Position numbers and translations under genes: made by a program
NCBI GenBank assembly: GCA_002633005.1
Contig: NMRA01000573.1
Location: forward strand, 1-64,000
Reading direction: 5' to 3'
Source of the DNA: Phoronis australis
Lineage: Eukaryota > Animalia > Phoronida
Length of the DNA stretch: 64,000 nucleotides
The notes under the pieces: model-generated
Databases searched by the model: none
What the model was told of the DNA's origin: nothing
What the model saw: only the letters and a program-made list of their open reading frames with translations
Shown here: positions 14,024-27,805 of the stretch, piece by piece
Layout of the letters: every line of letters begins with the position of its first letter
How positions within the stretch are numbered: position 1 is the first letter of the stretch

Positions 14024-15015
14024 GTTCAATTCTCTCTCGCAATTGCTGAAGAACTGCTTTTCACTTTGTCTAAAGGTAAAATAGTCGATAGGATGGGTGG
14101 TTTCAGTAGTTTAGACTCACCTGTAACAAGATTGTCATAGAAATATTAGCAAGTTATAAAATCAGACACTAAACAAAACTACTTTCGTAGCTAATTCATG
14201 TTAATTCGGTAACAATTCTGGTAGTCCTGGGGTGTGGGGTCCACTCATCTAGAGAATTTTGTTGAACATAGCATAGTTTTGAAGAGTAGCTGCTGTGAAA
14301 AAGTCACCCTTTACTTCTGAGCAGCACGTTCCATACACCTCTTATATTGGGATCTCTCCTACCCAAGACAATACATGTATGTGAATAATGTGCTGCTTGC
14401 CTACGTACCACCCGGGTCCCGGGTGAGTTTCCGAAAAGAAACAGTTAGTTCCACTGAATAACCCCGTTATTCAGTTGGGGGTAACTGGGGGATAACATCA
14501 CTGAACGATGTCGATAGCAACTAATTACTAAAAATTTACCAAGTAACGTGATTATGTAGTATTTCAATGGAAATGCATTGAGCACACACACGGGGCGTAA
14601 GGCCTCGGCATCCACACACTTTTTGTCACCTGGTTGACCCTTTTGACAGCAATTCTCCACGCCTGTAGTAACGTTAGATCCTTTGAAAATTTGTGACCAC
14701 CTGTCGAAGATTTGCACCCGGTAAAATATCAATAATAAAGCTTAGCGCGACGACGTATTTTGATAACTATTCCGTCATTTTACCTACTGTTTACGTGCAG
14801 ACGGCGATGAGTGCGCAATTCAATCATCACTAGTACAGCAGCGACACCGCGAGGAGAATTCGTCGAATAGCCCCATTGTGTTAGGTACCAGAGACTGTGT
14901 TACCTTCACCTATACTGGCCACACGCGATAAATGGCCTACACAAAGTAAGCATTTTGGAAAACGCCTGATAAACCTCAAACTGTCGGATACCAGGGACTG
15001 TCAAAAAGTCACTTT

Positions 15016-15125
15016 CCACATGATCCATTTAACATCTGGTTTAATTACAGGCCCAGTTGTTGTAGCTATAGGTTGTGCACTTCCTCAGGAGGGTGTGGCA
15101 ATGTTGCTTGGTAATGATTTGGCTG
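15016..15125 (+). mobile_element. Gypsy LTR-retrotransposon pol fragment (protease-adjacent region)
   Basis: HMIHLTSGLITGPVVVAIGCALPQEGVAMLLGNDLA resembles the conserved Gypsy motif H.V.L.S.LV.GPV.V.....LP..GV..LLGNDLA. Confidence 0.7.
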
Positions 15126-16287
15126 AAAACTGTATTTTCTTGACAATGAGAATTCGGCGATGATTATGAGACCTAAGTTTTTTTGCAAACCTTGTTAAAT
15201 GGGCCAGTTTTAGAGAACGAGCACAATTAAAACTCTTTTCGAATCTGGTAGGCCTAAATGGGCAAGCGTGACCTACGCTTTTAGCGAATTACAAGCCAAC
15301 TGTGGGGAAAGGCCACAACTAAAAACTATTAAATCCAATCTGTGACATGAGGAATATGTGTTTGTAGTTGGTTTCTTCTTTTATCTTTCAACATTGACGT
15401 CATTTTTGCATTAGCAGGAGACAGAATGAGGATTGGTTGAAATCATAAAACAGGGTTTAGTATGCTTTAAAAGTATTAGCTAAGTCGGTGCAAAAAATAA
15501 TTTACGAACACAGTGAATTTTTTATATATTTATTGTTTTTACAATCATAATCCTAACACGCTTTTATAGTCACATATCAACACAAGTAAATAAATATGCT
15601 TTGAAAAAACACATTCCAAAAGGTGAAGGCAGGCCAGCCTCACTCGAAATATCGCAAATATGCCCAACTGGTCGTAAAAGAACGCCGTCACCATTATCTC
15701 TCTTGGTACAAATTACGGAAATTGCCTGGTTAACAAATCCAGTTCACAAATTGGTTCCCATGGCAGCCTTTAGTAGTGATTGCACTTATGTTGAGAAGTT
15801 GACTTGCCTAAAATACATAAAAAATCTTAAATGCCAAGTTTTCGACTATATCACGGAACGGTTCGCCCAAATCATGGGCGGCACACCATAGGGGAATAGG
15901 AGGGGGGCTATACCCCTCCTTTTTTCGTGCTGCCCACTCATGTAGGCATATTTCGGGGAAAGTGACTTAAGTCTTAAGCATGGCCGTTTGATTTACTCTC
16001 CCACTTCAAAATTACTGAATAAAATTGCTTGCCGTTTGGAAATAAATTGTGCAAATCATCCGAGAAGCTAGCAGTTGTGGGTCTATTTTCAAAGCCTTGA
16101 TCGTCGTTAAGCTTCGGTGAGTTAAAATTATTTTCAGAAATAATTGTGTGGTATGTCAGATGATAATTTTGACAAAAGCCTAAACATCTGCACCAAATGA
16201 TTTTTAAGACTGTTCCCAGGATCGTCCTGCACCCGTATTCTGGCCAATCTCGCACGAATTCTTGAGAGACTATTTAGACTTAAGTAT

Positions 16288-19200
16288 CAGTCCACGGATC
16301 CACCGACCACAGTACAGCCAACAAGCGGCAAGGTGGGGGGTCAACCATTCAGATCCGTGTTTAGTCTGATAAATCACATTAGGGATGAGAGAAAATGGGT
16401 GAAGTATGACACCACAAAGTTTGGTGGTTTAGGAGATACAAGGGAAGTGTTCTGGGGGGCAAAATGAGGCAATTTCTGGGTGTGGAATGAGTCATTTTTG
16501 ACCAAATTTTCTACTCCAGTTTCTGCTTCAAACAGAATCGTTTCTGAACAATTTTGATATCACATGATAGGTTCATGATCAATGTCAATAAAAACGGCAC
16601 CGACACTGCAATATCGGTTACCATGGTAACACTGGAACTGTTTCCGTGGAGGTACGTTTCCGTCTTGTGAAAAACCAGCAGTAAGCTGTACCCTTATAGC
16701 GAAGCTGCCCCCACGAGAAAACTAAAAATAATAACATGAACATGTAGAAGACTCCATGCCCTTGAAATTAATACAATAAAAACTTTGTCAGCCCTTCAGG
16801 CAGGCTTGGNNNNNNNNNNNNNNNNNNNNNNNNNNNNNNNNNNNNNNNNNNNNNNNNNNNNNNNNNNNNNNNNNNNNNNNNNNNNNNNNNNNNNNNNNNN
16901 NNNNNNNNNNNNNNNNNNNNNNNNNNNNNNNNNNNNNNNNNNNNNNNNNNNNNNNNNNNNNNNNNNNNNNNNNNNNNNNNNNNNNNNNNNNNNNNNNNNN
17001 NNNNNNNNNNNNNNNNNNNNNNNNNNNNNNNNNNNNNNNNNNNNNNNNNNNNNNNNNNNNNNNNNNNNNNNNNNNNNNNNNNNNNNNNNNNNNNNNNNNN
17101 NNNNNNNNNNNNNNNNNNNNNNNNNNNNNNNNNNNNNNNNNNNNNNNNNNNNNNNNNNNNNNNNNNNNNNNNNNNNNNNNNNNNNNNNNNNNNNNNNNNN
17201 NNNNNNNNNNNNNNNNNNNNNNNNNNNNNNNNNNNNNNNNNNNNNNNNNNNNNNNNNNNNNNNNNNNNNNNNNNNNNNNNNNNNNNNNNNNNNNNNNNNN
17301 NNNNNNNNNNNNNNNNNNNNNNNNNNNNNNNNNNNNNNNNNNNNNNNNNNNNNNNNNNNNNNNNNNNNNNNNNNNNNNNNNNNNNNNNNNNNNNNNNNNN
17401 NNNNNNNNNNNNNNNNNNNNNNNNNNNNNNNNNNNNNNNNNNNNNNNNNNNNNNNNNNNNNNNNNNNNNNNNNNNNNNNNNNNNNNNNNNNNNGAAGAGA
17501 TTTCCAGTGTTGTCAGCGATATTGCGAAATCACTTTTTTGCAGTGAGACTACATCACCTTAAATGTAATTCCCTGACTTTATGAGCTTTGTGTGGTTGAC
17601 TCTGTCCTGTAGCAATTAGGGTGTTGAAAAGATCTAGACGCAAATTTTTTATTAGCACTTTTGACTGTACAGTTATCTTTGCATTGTATTACGAAAACAT
17701 ATTTTGTAGTACACAAGTCTCTGGTTGGTATTTTATATTTTTTCACAACGAATATTTTCAACTTAGATGAGTTTTCTGTGAGGTAGGCAATTTTCAAATA
17801 AGATAATGAATAAAATTGTCAAACATTGTTTTATTTTTAGATGTGTGATCTTCCAATGAGTGATTACTTTTAAAAAAGCTGTGCGGAATTTGATTTTTAC
17901 TCTTCATTTGAGGGAGAATAAATCCATAAACCTGCATTGTCTAGAAATTTTACTCAAACTACATATTACAGGGTTGGGGATTGGAATCTTAATACAACAG
18001 AGTCTGAACCCGTACCATGATCAATACAACACAATACAAGGATATAAAAATTTGGTGTTTAGGTTCCACGGAAAGGATTCGTGTGCGCGGTAATAGTTNA
18101 ACACAATACACGGATATGCGCGGTAATAGTTACTAAGGTGCGTGGTCATTGTTTGTGGATACTTTGGGATTCCTCTTCTGTGGTCATCCACGGGAAACCT
18201 GGTCGCATAGAGAACAAGAGATTAGTATCTTCATTGTTTCCGTTGTTATAATAAAGATATAATGACGAGCACTTATCGGCAACGGTCTCAGTGATGTACG
18301 CAAGGTTCTATATCCATGCGACCTGTGTTGTTACACCCAACAATGACACAACGAAGGAAAACAATGATAGGACCGATGGGCGAAAAACATGCGACGAGTT
18401 GCCATGGACAGTGGTGGAGTTTGTCTTGTCATTCGAATGTTTTTACAGAACTGCAAACCCGGTATTTCGTCAGGAAAATTTCGGCGGTCTTTTGTTTTAA
18501 GTCGTGGGAAAAATTGCGGTCATGCAACAAAACTTATCCTTCATTTGATATTACAATGCATTGCATGAACATTTGATCAACAGAAAATCTGTCTTGAATA
18601 TGTGTGAAGAAATACCCATGAGGAAATTGCAAAGTAAAACAACTGTAAATCAAAATAACCTACATTTGTCGAGTTCATGTCTAACCCTGTTCACTGTGGA
18701 GGACATAATCGGCTTTTTACAAAATGGATCCATGTATGGTATTTAGGNACAGAAAATCTGACTTGAATATGTGTGAAGAAATACCCATGAGGAAATTGCA
18801 AAGTAAAACAACTGTAAATCAAAAAAACCTACATTTGTCGAGTTCATGTCTAACCCTGTTCACTGTGGAGGACTAATCGGCTTTTTACAAAATGGAGCCA
18901 TGTATGGTATTTAGGGGTACTATAGCCCTAAGTGATCAGTAGTAAAACGTTCAAAACATTCAGATGGAACTAACTTGTTGCAAAATATCGAAAAACATAA
19001 AGGACAATCGGATTTTACGGTGCTCACGCATCGATCTCAGATATATGAAAATTTCTCATTTTAGTACATTTGAGGTGCCAAAATATATAACTAATAAACT
19101 GGCTGACAAAGTTTTTATTTTATGAAATGAAAGTAACATGTTTTGTCAACATTTTGGCTAAGTTTCATTCTCGTAACAGTGGGGGCAGATTTGGTACAGC

Positions 19201-19583
19201 AGTGTACTGAACACAACCTCAAAATGGCATAACGGGGGGCAGTGTAGTAAAACTACTAAATGTGGGTGGTAAATCGGAATCGTGTTTCAAGACATCTGTG
19301 TAACAATCTACAGGCACCACTAAACAATGCCAAGTGAACAATAAATCAATAGCTTTCATTCAAGGAAAAATCTGAACAGTTAAAACTGGACAGTTTTTAT
19401 ACCGTGAAAACATGGCTGCGAAGCCGTAAAATGTGTTTGAGCCTATAACTTTAGAAAAACGCAATATTTTCAAGAAATATTTTACCGCTGTTTATAGATC
19501 CCATAGGACTACCTATGTGCCAAATTTGGTGAAAATCGGTTGACCCCCACCTTGCCGCTCATGGCTGGTGCTCTCGTGGACTA
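16288..19583. mobile_element. TIR element with Academ-like (TAGTCC) ends spanning the assembly gap
   Basis: Left end cagtccacgg...agcggcaaggtggggggtcaacc. Right end ggttgacccccaccttgccgctc...cgtggacta. Flanks are gtat and gtac. The two ends may belong to different copies because of the gap. Confidence 0.5.
16810..17493. other. Assembly gap (N run)
   Basis: Continuous run of N bases. Confidence 1.
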
Positions 19584-20073
19584 GTACTTAAACACTCAAA
19601 GAGCCAGTGCCTCTGGAAAAGATCCAAACGCAGTTCAGCAATGTGCACCGAGCTTTCGCTTTCATTTACATTTTCAAACTTTGTTTTACCGCCACTAAAA
19701 TTTCACTGCTTCGCTGTCGTTGACTTTGAATAACCGGCTTCTGGTTTCGTGGCCTTATTTTGGACAAACTAACTTTCTTGTCTGTCGGAATCGTGAACCT
19801 TGGGCCTGATAGGGCATTTTTAAAAACAGTTTCATTTCTCGTGTTGAGGGTGTTTGGACTTGAGAACTTTCAAAGTATCGAACTACAGTTATTTATATTA
19901 ATGCAGTATGAAACGCAACAAACGTTAGTTTACCTTCATAATATTCATTCTAAATCCTTCTCCTGTTTTGGTTATCCGTGGGTCGCAGCACATCGTTGGG
20001 GTATGTGCATGGCTTGTAAATAGACAAAAACGTGTATTTTACAAACAACCGAGAAAATCAAATTTTTCAATTT

Positions 20074-20967
20074 GGCACCAAGAAGCGTCACAGTAGTCAA
20101 TTTCGTCGGAACAAGATCGTCAGCCCACCTTTTTACAGTAAAGACATGTATGCCAATTTTTGAAATCATCCATAGAGTGGTTTGGTTGACAGAGAGGCGG
20201 ACGACAAAAAGACTCGAAAACAGTAAAAAGATAACCGCTAGGTGTCGCAAAATACTCCCAATCCATCCGGAAATGAAAGATAGGCACCATTTCACTAATA
20301 ATCATATATGCCTATCTACCAAATTTTATGAAAATCCGTCAAAGAACCTTTGAATATACAGACTTTAGGTAAACTTAAAAAAAATTTAATTGCCACTAGG
20401 AGACACACCGGTAACCCAATCCGTCCTGAAATCGTTGTCATCCGTTGTCAACTTAATATAAAGATACTTGCAGAACCATGGGCTGGGCGCAAAATCAAAG
20501 GAAAATGCCACTAGGAGGTGTCACGGTAGTCGAAGTCGTCGGAAAGCCGTTGTCAGCTGCCTTCTTCACAGTAAGAACATATATGCCAATTTTCACAATC
20601 ATCCTTAGAGTGATTTGATTGATGGAGGGGTAGGCGCCAAAAATATACTCGAGGGCAGTAAAATTTGCTATTAGGTGTCATCCGAAAACGAGAGGATAGC
20701 GTCATCTTATTGGCCCATGAGCCAAGTTTTATGAAAATCCTATGTCCTTTGAAAAAACATAGGTAAACGAAAAAAATGCCACCGGTAGGCGGATCCGTCC
20801 GAAATTCGTCGTCAACTGTCGTCAGCCTTATAGAAGCACATCTGCCAAATCTCATCAAGGTCCTGTGAGGATTTAAGAGATACAGCTGTGGACGCCGTAT
20901 CCCGGACGCCGGACAACCGGGCAGGCAGAGATGACAAACACTCACATATAAATATGCGGGCGAATTA
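20074..20967 (-). mobile_element. Truncated, diverged Helentron/HINE copy
   Basis: Has gccactagg subunits, a ggacgcc remnant and a cacatataaatatgcgggcg terminal hairpin homologous to the copy at 22324. Confidence 0.7.
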
Positions 20968-22323
20968 AAACGTACACATTTCTCAAACTTTAAAGTTTCG
21001 TATCAGAATAGCTGTTCAAATTTATGTAAAATTTCATTTCTATGATATAAACACCTTTTACAAAATGAAAATGAAATGCTCATATCTTAGAGCACTAACC
21101 GTATTTCACATCTGGATCATTTTCTTCAAATGAAATTCGGTCTTGTTGTTAATGCCGGTGCCTTACTATCAATGTGCGCTTGTTTTTTTGTGATAAATTC
21201 TATTGTTTTTGAGAAACTGTGCCCTGAAATCAGGTGTGAAAAAGTAAAGTAAGATGCCTGAATGTCTGACGACTAAATTTTTCATTTAGCTTTTCCAAAT
21301 CAAAGAAGAGTCGGTCATATTTTGATGACTTACAGGTGTACAAACGTTTAGTAAAAACCAGAAGATTCTATGATATTTACAAGTGAACGGAACCTTGATA
21401 CCATCTCATGGTGCACGCTCTCAAAAAAGAGGCAATTTTCGGGATTTCTTACCTCTTCGACTCTGGTGTCATTTTGAGGTAATTGTTCAATGTTATCTTT
21501 GGTTCGTTGACAGTGAGGGCCAGGCCAGGGTACTGCTAGTTAAGATACTGTATGACCCTAGAAAATCGTCCAGAAATAGCAGTTCAGATTTAGGTAAATC
21601 TTGCAAATGCTGTGATTTAAACTCCGTTCACGAAACAAAAATGAAATGATCATATTTTATGACATCAACGGTGCCTCTGAGATCGCATCTCGAAAATTTT
21701 CACCAAATTAACTTCGATTAAGTTAGTGAAACCGTTGTTCAACTAGCAATTTGATATGGCCTTTTTTAAAAACGTTTTCGTTTAACGTATTACAGGTACG
21801 GATTTGACGACCTTCAACATATTGAGCTGTACACTATTTATAGTAAATGATGAAACGCAAGCAATGATAGTTTACCTTCACAAGTTGCACCTTAAATCTT
21901 TCGGAATTCGTTTTGGTTATAAGAGGGTCATGGGGGTACATGTATTGTTGGGGCTTGGGTGTGGCGTGTAAATAGACAGAACATGCATTGATAAATTTTA
22001 CAAATAATCGAAAAATCGACTGTTTTCAATTATACACACGCGCATCTATTGAAAAGACCTTGTCCTTGTCAAACTGTTTTAGAACTAATAAGCTTTTTCT
22101 CTAAATAGTGAACCTTCAGCCTAATAGCACCCTTTTAAAAATGTTTTCATTTGTTGTATTATGGGTAGGGATTTGAGAACGTTCAAGGTATTGAGCTGTG
22201 CACACTGCAGTATGAAACCCAAGTAACGATACTTTAGCTTTATAATTTTCGTCTTAAATCTTTCTTCTTTCGTTTTGGTTAAACGAAGGTTATCTTTGGG
22301 TATGGGTATGGCGTGTGAATAGG

Positions 22324-23857
22324 AACAAGAGCAACGCAGAGCGTTGAAATGCGCCCACAATTGCACCGCATACGGTATCCTTCTAGGGTTGTTTATTGGT
22401 ACCATAAAGTGGCCAGTAGAGGGCATATGTGTAGCATGTTGTACTTTGCAAAATGGAAAGGCATGGTCATTGTCTCCTCAATAGGCTAGGGGCAAAATGT
22501 GAGTGATCTTCATAATACAAGCACATCCTATGCATCAGTTGCTTAAAGCACCACAGAAACATAGAATTAAAAACAAATTTACCAACATACGAGATTAGCA
22601 CAGCATTAGAATGCCAGAAACAAATTTCTACTTGGAACATTTCCTTCATAGTCACGAAGTAACACAAAGTATACACCCGAAGACCTATGCAATGTAAAAT
22701 ACTAAAATTGCCACTAGAGGCATACCGGTAGTCAGAATCATCCTAAAGTCGTCATCGTCCGTTGTCAACATCACATAAATATACTTGCTAAATTTAGTAA
22801 AGATCCTGCAAACGGTTTGGGAGATACAGCCATGGGCGCAAAAAACTGCCACTAGGAGGCGCCACAGTAATCAAAGTCATGGGAAATTCCTGAGCGTCAA
22901 CTGTCCTCTTCATAGTAAGAACATACATGCCAATTTTCACAATCATACTTATACTGAGCGGTTTGGTTGATAGAGGGGTGGACGCCAAAAAACAGACTCA
23001 AAAACAGTAAAAATGGCCACTGGGTGTCGCATACTAGGTCGAATCCATCCGAAAACGGGAGGATAGCGTCATCGCACTAATAGGTGCCTACATACCAAAT
23101 TTCATGAAAATCCGTTGAGGACTTGTGAAAATACAGAGGTAAACGTAAAAAAGTAAAATTGTCACTAGGGGGAACACTGGTAGGCGGATCCGTCCAAAAG
23201 GCGTCATCGTCTGTTTTTAACATAATATAAATACACTTATTAACTTTCGTAAAGATCCTGCGAACGGTTTAGGACTGAGATACAGCCATAGGCGCAAAAA
23301 AAACTGCCACTAGGAGGCGCCACAGTAGTCCAAATCGTCTGAAAATCATCGTCAACCGTCGTCTACATAGTAAGCATATACATGCCAATTTTCACAATCA
23401 TCCTTCGAGCAGTTTGGTTGATAGATGGGTGGACGCACAAAAACAGACTCGAAAACACTAAAAATGGCCACTAGGTGGCGCAAACTATGTCGAATCCATC
23501 TGAAAACGGGAGGATAGCGTCATCTCACTAATAGGTGCCTACATACCAAATTTCATGAAAATCCGTTCAGGACTTTTGAAGATACAAATGTAAGCGTAAA
23601 AAAATTAAAATTGCCACTAGGGGGCACACCGGTAGTCGGATCCGTCCGAAAGTTCGCACATGCCGTTCCATTCATAAATGGAACATATGTGCCAAATTTC
23701 ATGAACATATGTCAAAGGGTTTTGGAGATAGAGCAGCGGACGCCGGACGCCGGACGGACGCCGCCCGTACGGACGTACGGACGGACGGACGGACGGGCGG
23801 ACGGACGGACGGAGATGACGGCATAATGCGTCCACATATAAATATGTGGGCGCATAA
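22324..23857 (-). mobile_element. Non-autonomous Helentron (HINE/DINE-1-like) with two ~451-bp internal units
   Basis: Terminus AACAAGAGCAACGCAGAGCGTTG (hairpin). subTIRs GCGCCCACA/TGTGGGCGC. (GGAC)n microsatellite at ~23750-23812 and a ccacatataaatatgtgg palindrome. Units start at 22705, 23156 and 23607. Inserted in an A-rich site with no TSD. Confidence 0.88.
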
Positions 23858-26075
23858 AAATAAGGTGTATTGATAAAATTTACAAACAATCGACCTATCA
23901 ATTGCTTTCAATTGGCTGTACGCAGATCAATTGAAAAATCTTTCTCCCTACACCGGCAGGAATCGACCACGGGAAACACTGCTCAGCTTCATCTTGCTTC
24001 TGCATCGGCACAGGGATTCAAATATTCCATTCAGCATGGCTCTTGCTACCTTGAACGCCATTAAGATTAATTTGTAATTCGTATGTTAGGGCTTGTGTTT
24101 GTATGTTAGTGCTTTGTTGGGCGCATTAGCGTTAACGCAAATCCACAGGCAAGAAAAGTAACAAACCTCTAGTCCAAGCGAATGGTAATACCATTGATAA
24201 ATGGGCAGATCTGTCCATGGGATTAAAAGTGTGTCATCACGGCCTAAGCTTTTATACCTTAGAAGAACCCATCGTGCAATTAAAAACCAGCCAACACTTA
24301 AAATATTTTAAAGTGACCTGGAAACCACACAGTTGTCACAGGTGGAGAATTGTAACTGCACCTATCAGCAAGTCCAAAACGTTTTAATAACGAAATTTAC
24401 ACACCTTTATCGTCTTTTGTATTTTGGATACGATAGCATCTTATGGCGCACGTCCTGATGGAAGAGGCAATTTCCGGAATTTTTGATTTTTCCGACTCTG
24501 GTGTCGTTTTGAGTTGGTGGTTCAGCGACATCTTTAGTCCGTTGCCAGTGGTGACGAGGTCAAGATCCTTCTAGTTCAGATCCGGTATGACCCTAGAAAA
24601 AGCGTCTACATTTCTCTTGATTCAAAGGTTGCTATCTCAGAAATAGCAGTTCAGATTTATGTAAAACGTTCACATACTATGATTTAAACGTCTTTCACAA
24701 AACGAAAGTGCAATAATCACAATTTAGAACATCAACATTGTTTCTGAGATCACTTCTCGAAACTTTTCATCAAATGATTTTCGATCATGTTTTGACACGG
24801 TTGTTTAATTAACAATGGGTCATCGGTTTTTGCTAGCTTTTAATGGTTTTTAAGAGAACATGCCTTGAAACTTGATTTGAGTCATTGTGCATTAATAAAG
24901 ACATATGCCTGAATGACTGTCTAGTAGATTTTACACTAAACTTTTCCATATCGAAAAAATGTCGGTCATGTTTTGATGACACACAGGAGCACAAACGTGA
25001 AGTAAAACCTAGAAGCTTCTATGATGTTTACAAGTTAACGGAACCTTGACTCTTGTGCGATTCGTGCCAATGGTCCGGCAGTACTTTTGGTATATTGTCA
25101 TTGCTCGCAATGTCAGATCTCACATGTTAATGGTATACTGGTCAACCAAAGTCAAATAGTTCGACGAAAGGCCAAGTACCTAAAAGATTTAAAATAATGA
25201 TAAAAGGAAGTCAACTCCTTGGATACAATGAAATCACGTGATCTGAACTGAAACCTACAAGTAAGAAAAAGTGTGGGGTAAAGTTATGAAATGCCGGTAT
25301 TCCTTGTTTTCAAAGACAAGCAAGTAAATAAATCCATCAATATCCACACAAGCCCGAAAGACTATTAGTTCGAAAACAAAAGGTTCGAATTTTCATGTCA
25401 CGAGGCATTTTGAACAGTGATTTCGAGCAAAATGTTTGGAGAGTTGTAAGCACGTGGCTTCTTAAAACGAATTCCTCGAACAGCCAGTGCCTTGGTAAAG
25501 TATCCAAACAACGTTTGGCAATGTGCACTGAAATGTCGCTTTTATTTTAATTTTCAAGTTTTGGTTTTCCGCCTCTAAAATGTTGCCGCTCCTTTGTCAT
25601 TAACTTTCAATCACGGACTTCTCGTCTCTCAGATCGTCGAATTATTTTCGCACCAATAAGCTTTGTGTCGAATTTGCGAACATTCAGGCTGATAGGGCTT
25701 TTTTCAATGAATTTTCATGTGTTGTATCATGGCCACTGATTTGAAAACCTTCAAGGTATTGAGCTGTACACTGCAGTATGAAACCCGAGCAACGATACTT
25801 TACCTTCATAATTTTCGTCTTAAATCTTTCTTATTTCGTTTTGGTTTAACGAAGGTCGCAGGTTTTCTTTGGGGTATGGGTATGGGTATGGCGTGTAAAT
25901 AGACGAAAACATACCTTTTGCCTCTGGTGTGATTCTTGTCAGTGGTCCTACAGAAATTTTGGTATACTGTCACTGTTCCCAATGTCAGATCTCGCATGTT
26001 GATGGTGTACTAGTCAGCTAATTTCAAATAGTTTGACGAAAGGCCAAGTATCTAAAAGGCATAGAATAATGTTAA

Positions 26076-26225
26076 CAAATAGGTGTTGAAATGCCATGCA
26101 GTTACCGACGGATAAGAATATAAAATACTAAAACTAAAACGACGATTGTCAGTTCTAAACTATATTAAAATATCCCCACGTTTCGAACGATGAGCTCTTT
26201 GTCAAGGGTGTACTACAGACTGTAC
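26076..26225 (-). mobile_element. 150-bp retro-insertion with an 11-bp TSD and a degenerate Penelope-type hammerhead-like motif
   Basis: AATAATGTTAA at 26065-26075 and 26226-26236. Absent from the sibling macro-repeat copy near 25195. The minus strand has ccttgacaaagagctc...cgaaacgtgg. Confidence 0.5.
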
Positions 26226-27805
26226 AATAATGTTAAAAGGAAGTCAACCCCCTAGAAAAAATGAAATGATATGATCTGAATTGAAAATTTCAAGTAAAAA
26301 AGTGTGGGCCAAAATTATGAAATCGCGGTATTCATGACTCCAAAGGTTTGCAAGTAAACAAATCCATCAATTCAAATATCCTCACGAGTCCGAGAGACCA
26401 TTTGTTCGAAAGCTAAAAATTCGAAATTTCATGTTACGAGGTTCTGAACAGTGATTTCGAACAAAATGTTTGGAGATTTGTAAGCACGTACCTCCCTGGA
26501 ACCAATTCTTCAAAGAGCCAGTGCCTTGGTAAAGCATCCAAACAAAGTTTGACAAAGTGCACTGAACTGTCGCTTTTATTAACATTTTCAACTTTTGGAA
26601 TGCAGCCACTAAAACTGTGTTGTTCCTCTGTCGTTGAAGTTTGAATCACTGGCTTCTGGTCTCTTTAATTGTCGAACTGTTTTCGAACTAATTAGCTTTT
26701 TGTCGAGTTTGTGAACCTGCGGCCCGATAGGGCTTTTTGTAAACATTTTCGTTTGTCGTGTAATGGGCACAGAATTGAAAACCTTAAAGGTATTGAACCC
26801 AAGCAACAATAGTTTACCTTCATAATTTTCGTCTGAAGAACTGCTTCGTCCGTTTTGGTTATTCGAGGATCGCAGCGTATTGCTGGGGTATGGGTACTGC
26901 GTGTAAACACACAAAACGAGTATTGAAAAAATTTACAAACAATCGACAAATCAACTGTTTTCAATTTCTCACACGCAGATCAATTGAAAATCCTTGTCCT
27001 TACTCCGCCAGAAATTGATACCGGGAACCACAGCCTAGCTCCATCGCGTTGTGGCATCTGTAGAAGAATTCAAATAATGACTTTCAGCATACATTTTGTG
27101 ACTTCGAACGTCAGTTGGATTAATTGGAGATGTTTTTAGCTTTGTTAGGACTGGTATTAGTATTTTATTGGAATTGTTGGCGGGGTTAAAATGTGTGTTT
27201 GCATCAACTTTAATGCACAAGCAAGAAAAGCAACAAACGTCTAGTCCAAGCGAATGAAACTACAGTTGATAAATGGACAGATCTACAGTCTATTTATTGG
27301 AATAAATGAGCGTCATCACGGCCAAAGCATTGATATATGAGGAGAACCCAGAGTAAGTACAACTAAAATACAGCTAACACTAGAAATGTATTTCAACGAC
27401 CTGGACAGAACAGTGTTGTAACAGGTGGAGAACTGTACCTGCACGTGACAGCCAGTCCAAAATGTTATCAATAACGAAAGTAAAGCACCTCAGTCGTACC
27501 TTGTGTATCGGGTAAGACAGCATCTCATGACGTACGCCCTCAAGGAAGAGGCAATTTCCTGGATTTTTTACTTTTCCTATTCTGGTGTCATTACATGGTT
27601 ACGGTTCAGTGACATTTTTGTTCGCTGCCAGTGGTGGTAAGGACAGCGTCCTGCTACTTCGGATGCTGCGTGGCCCTATAAAGTGTCCACATTTCTCTAA
27701 TTTTAAAGGTTGATATCTTAGAAATAGCAGTTCAGATTTTTGTAAAATCTCCCATGTTAATGGTATACTGGTCAGCCAGTAGTTTGACGAAAGAACAAGT
27801 CCCTA

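Noticed and set aside
16785-17546. 253-aa ORF
   Set aside because: Artefact of translating through the N gap.
18579-18915. ~170-bp tandem duplication (similar cases at 18029-18131, 42385-42743 and 61297-61660)
   Set aside because: Each straddles a single N, typical of unmerged overlapping contig ends or haplotypes rather than true duplications.
22467-22676. Nearly identical ORFs at 22467 (-) and 55068 (+), suggesting a conserved small gene
   Set aside because: Both lie inside copies of the same non-autonomous Helentron, so the identity reflects recent transposition.
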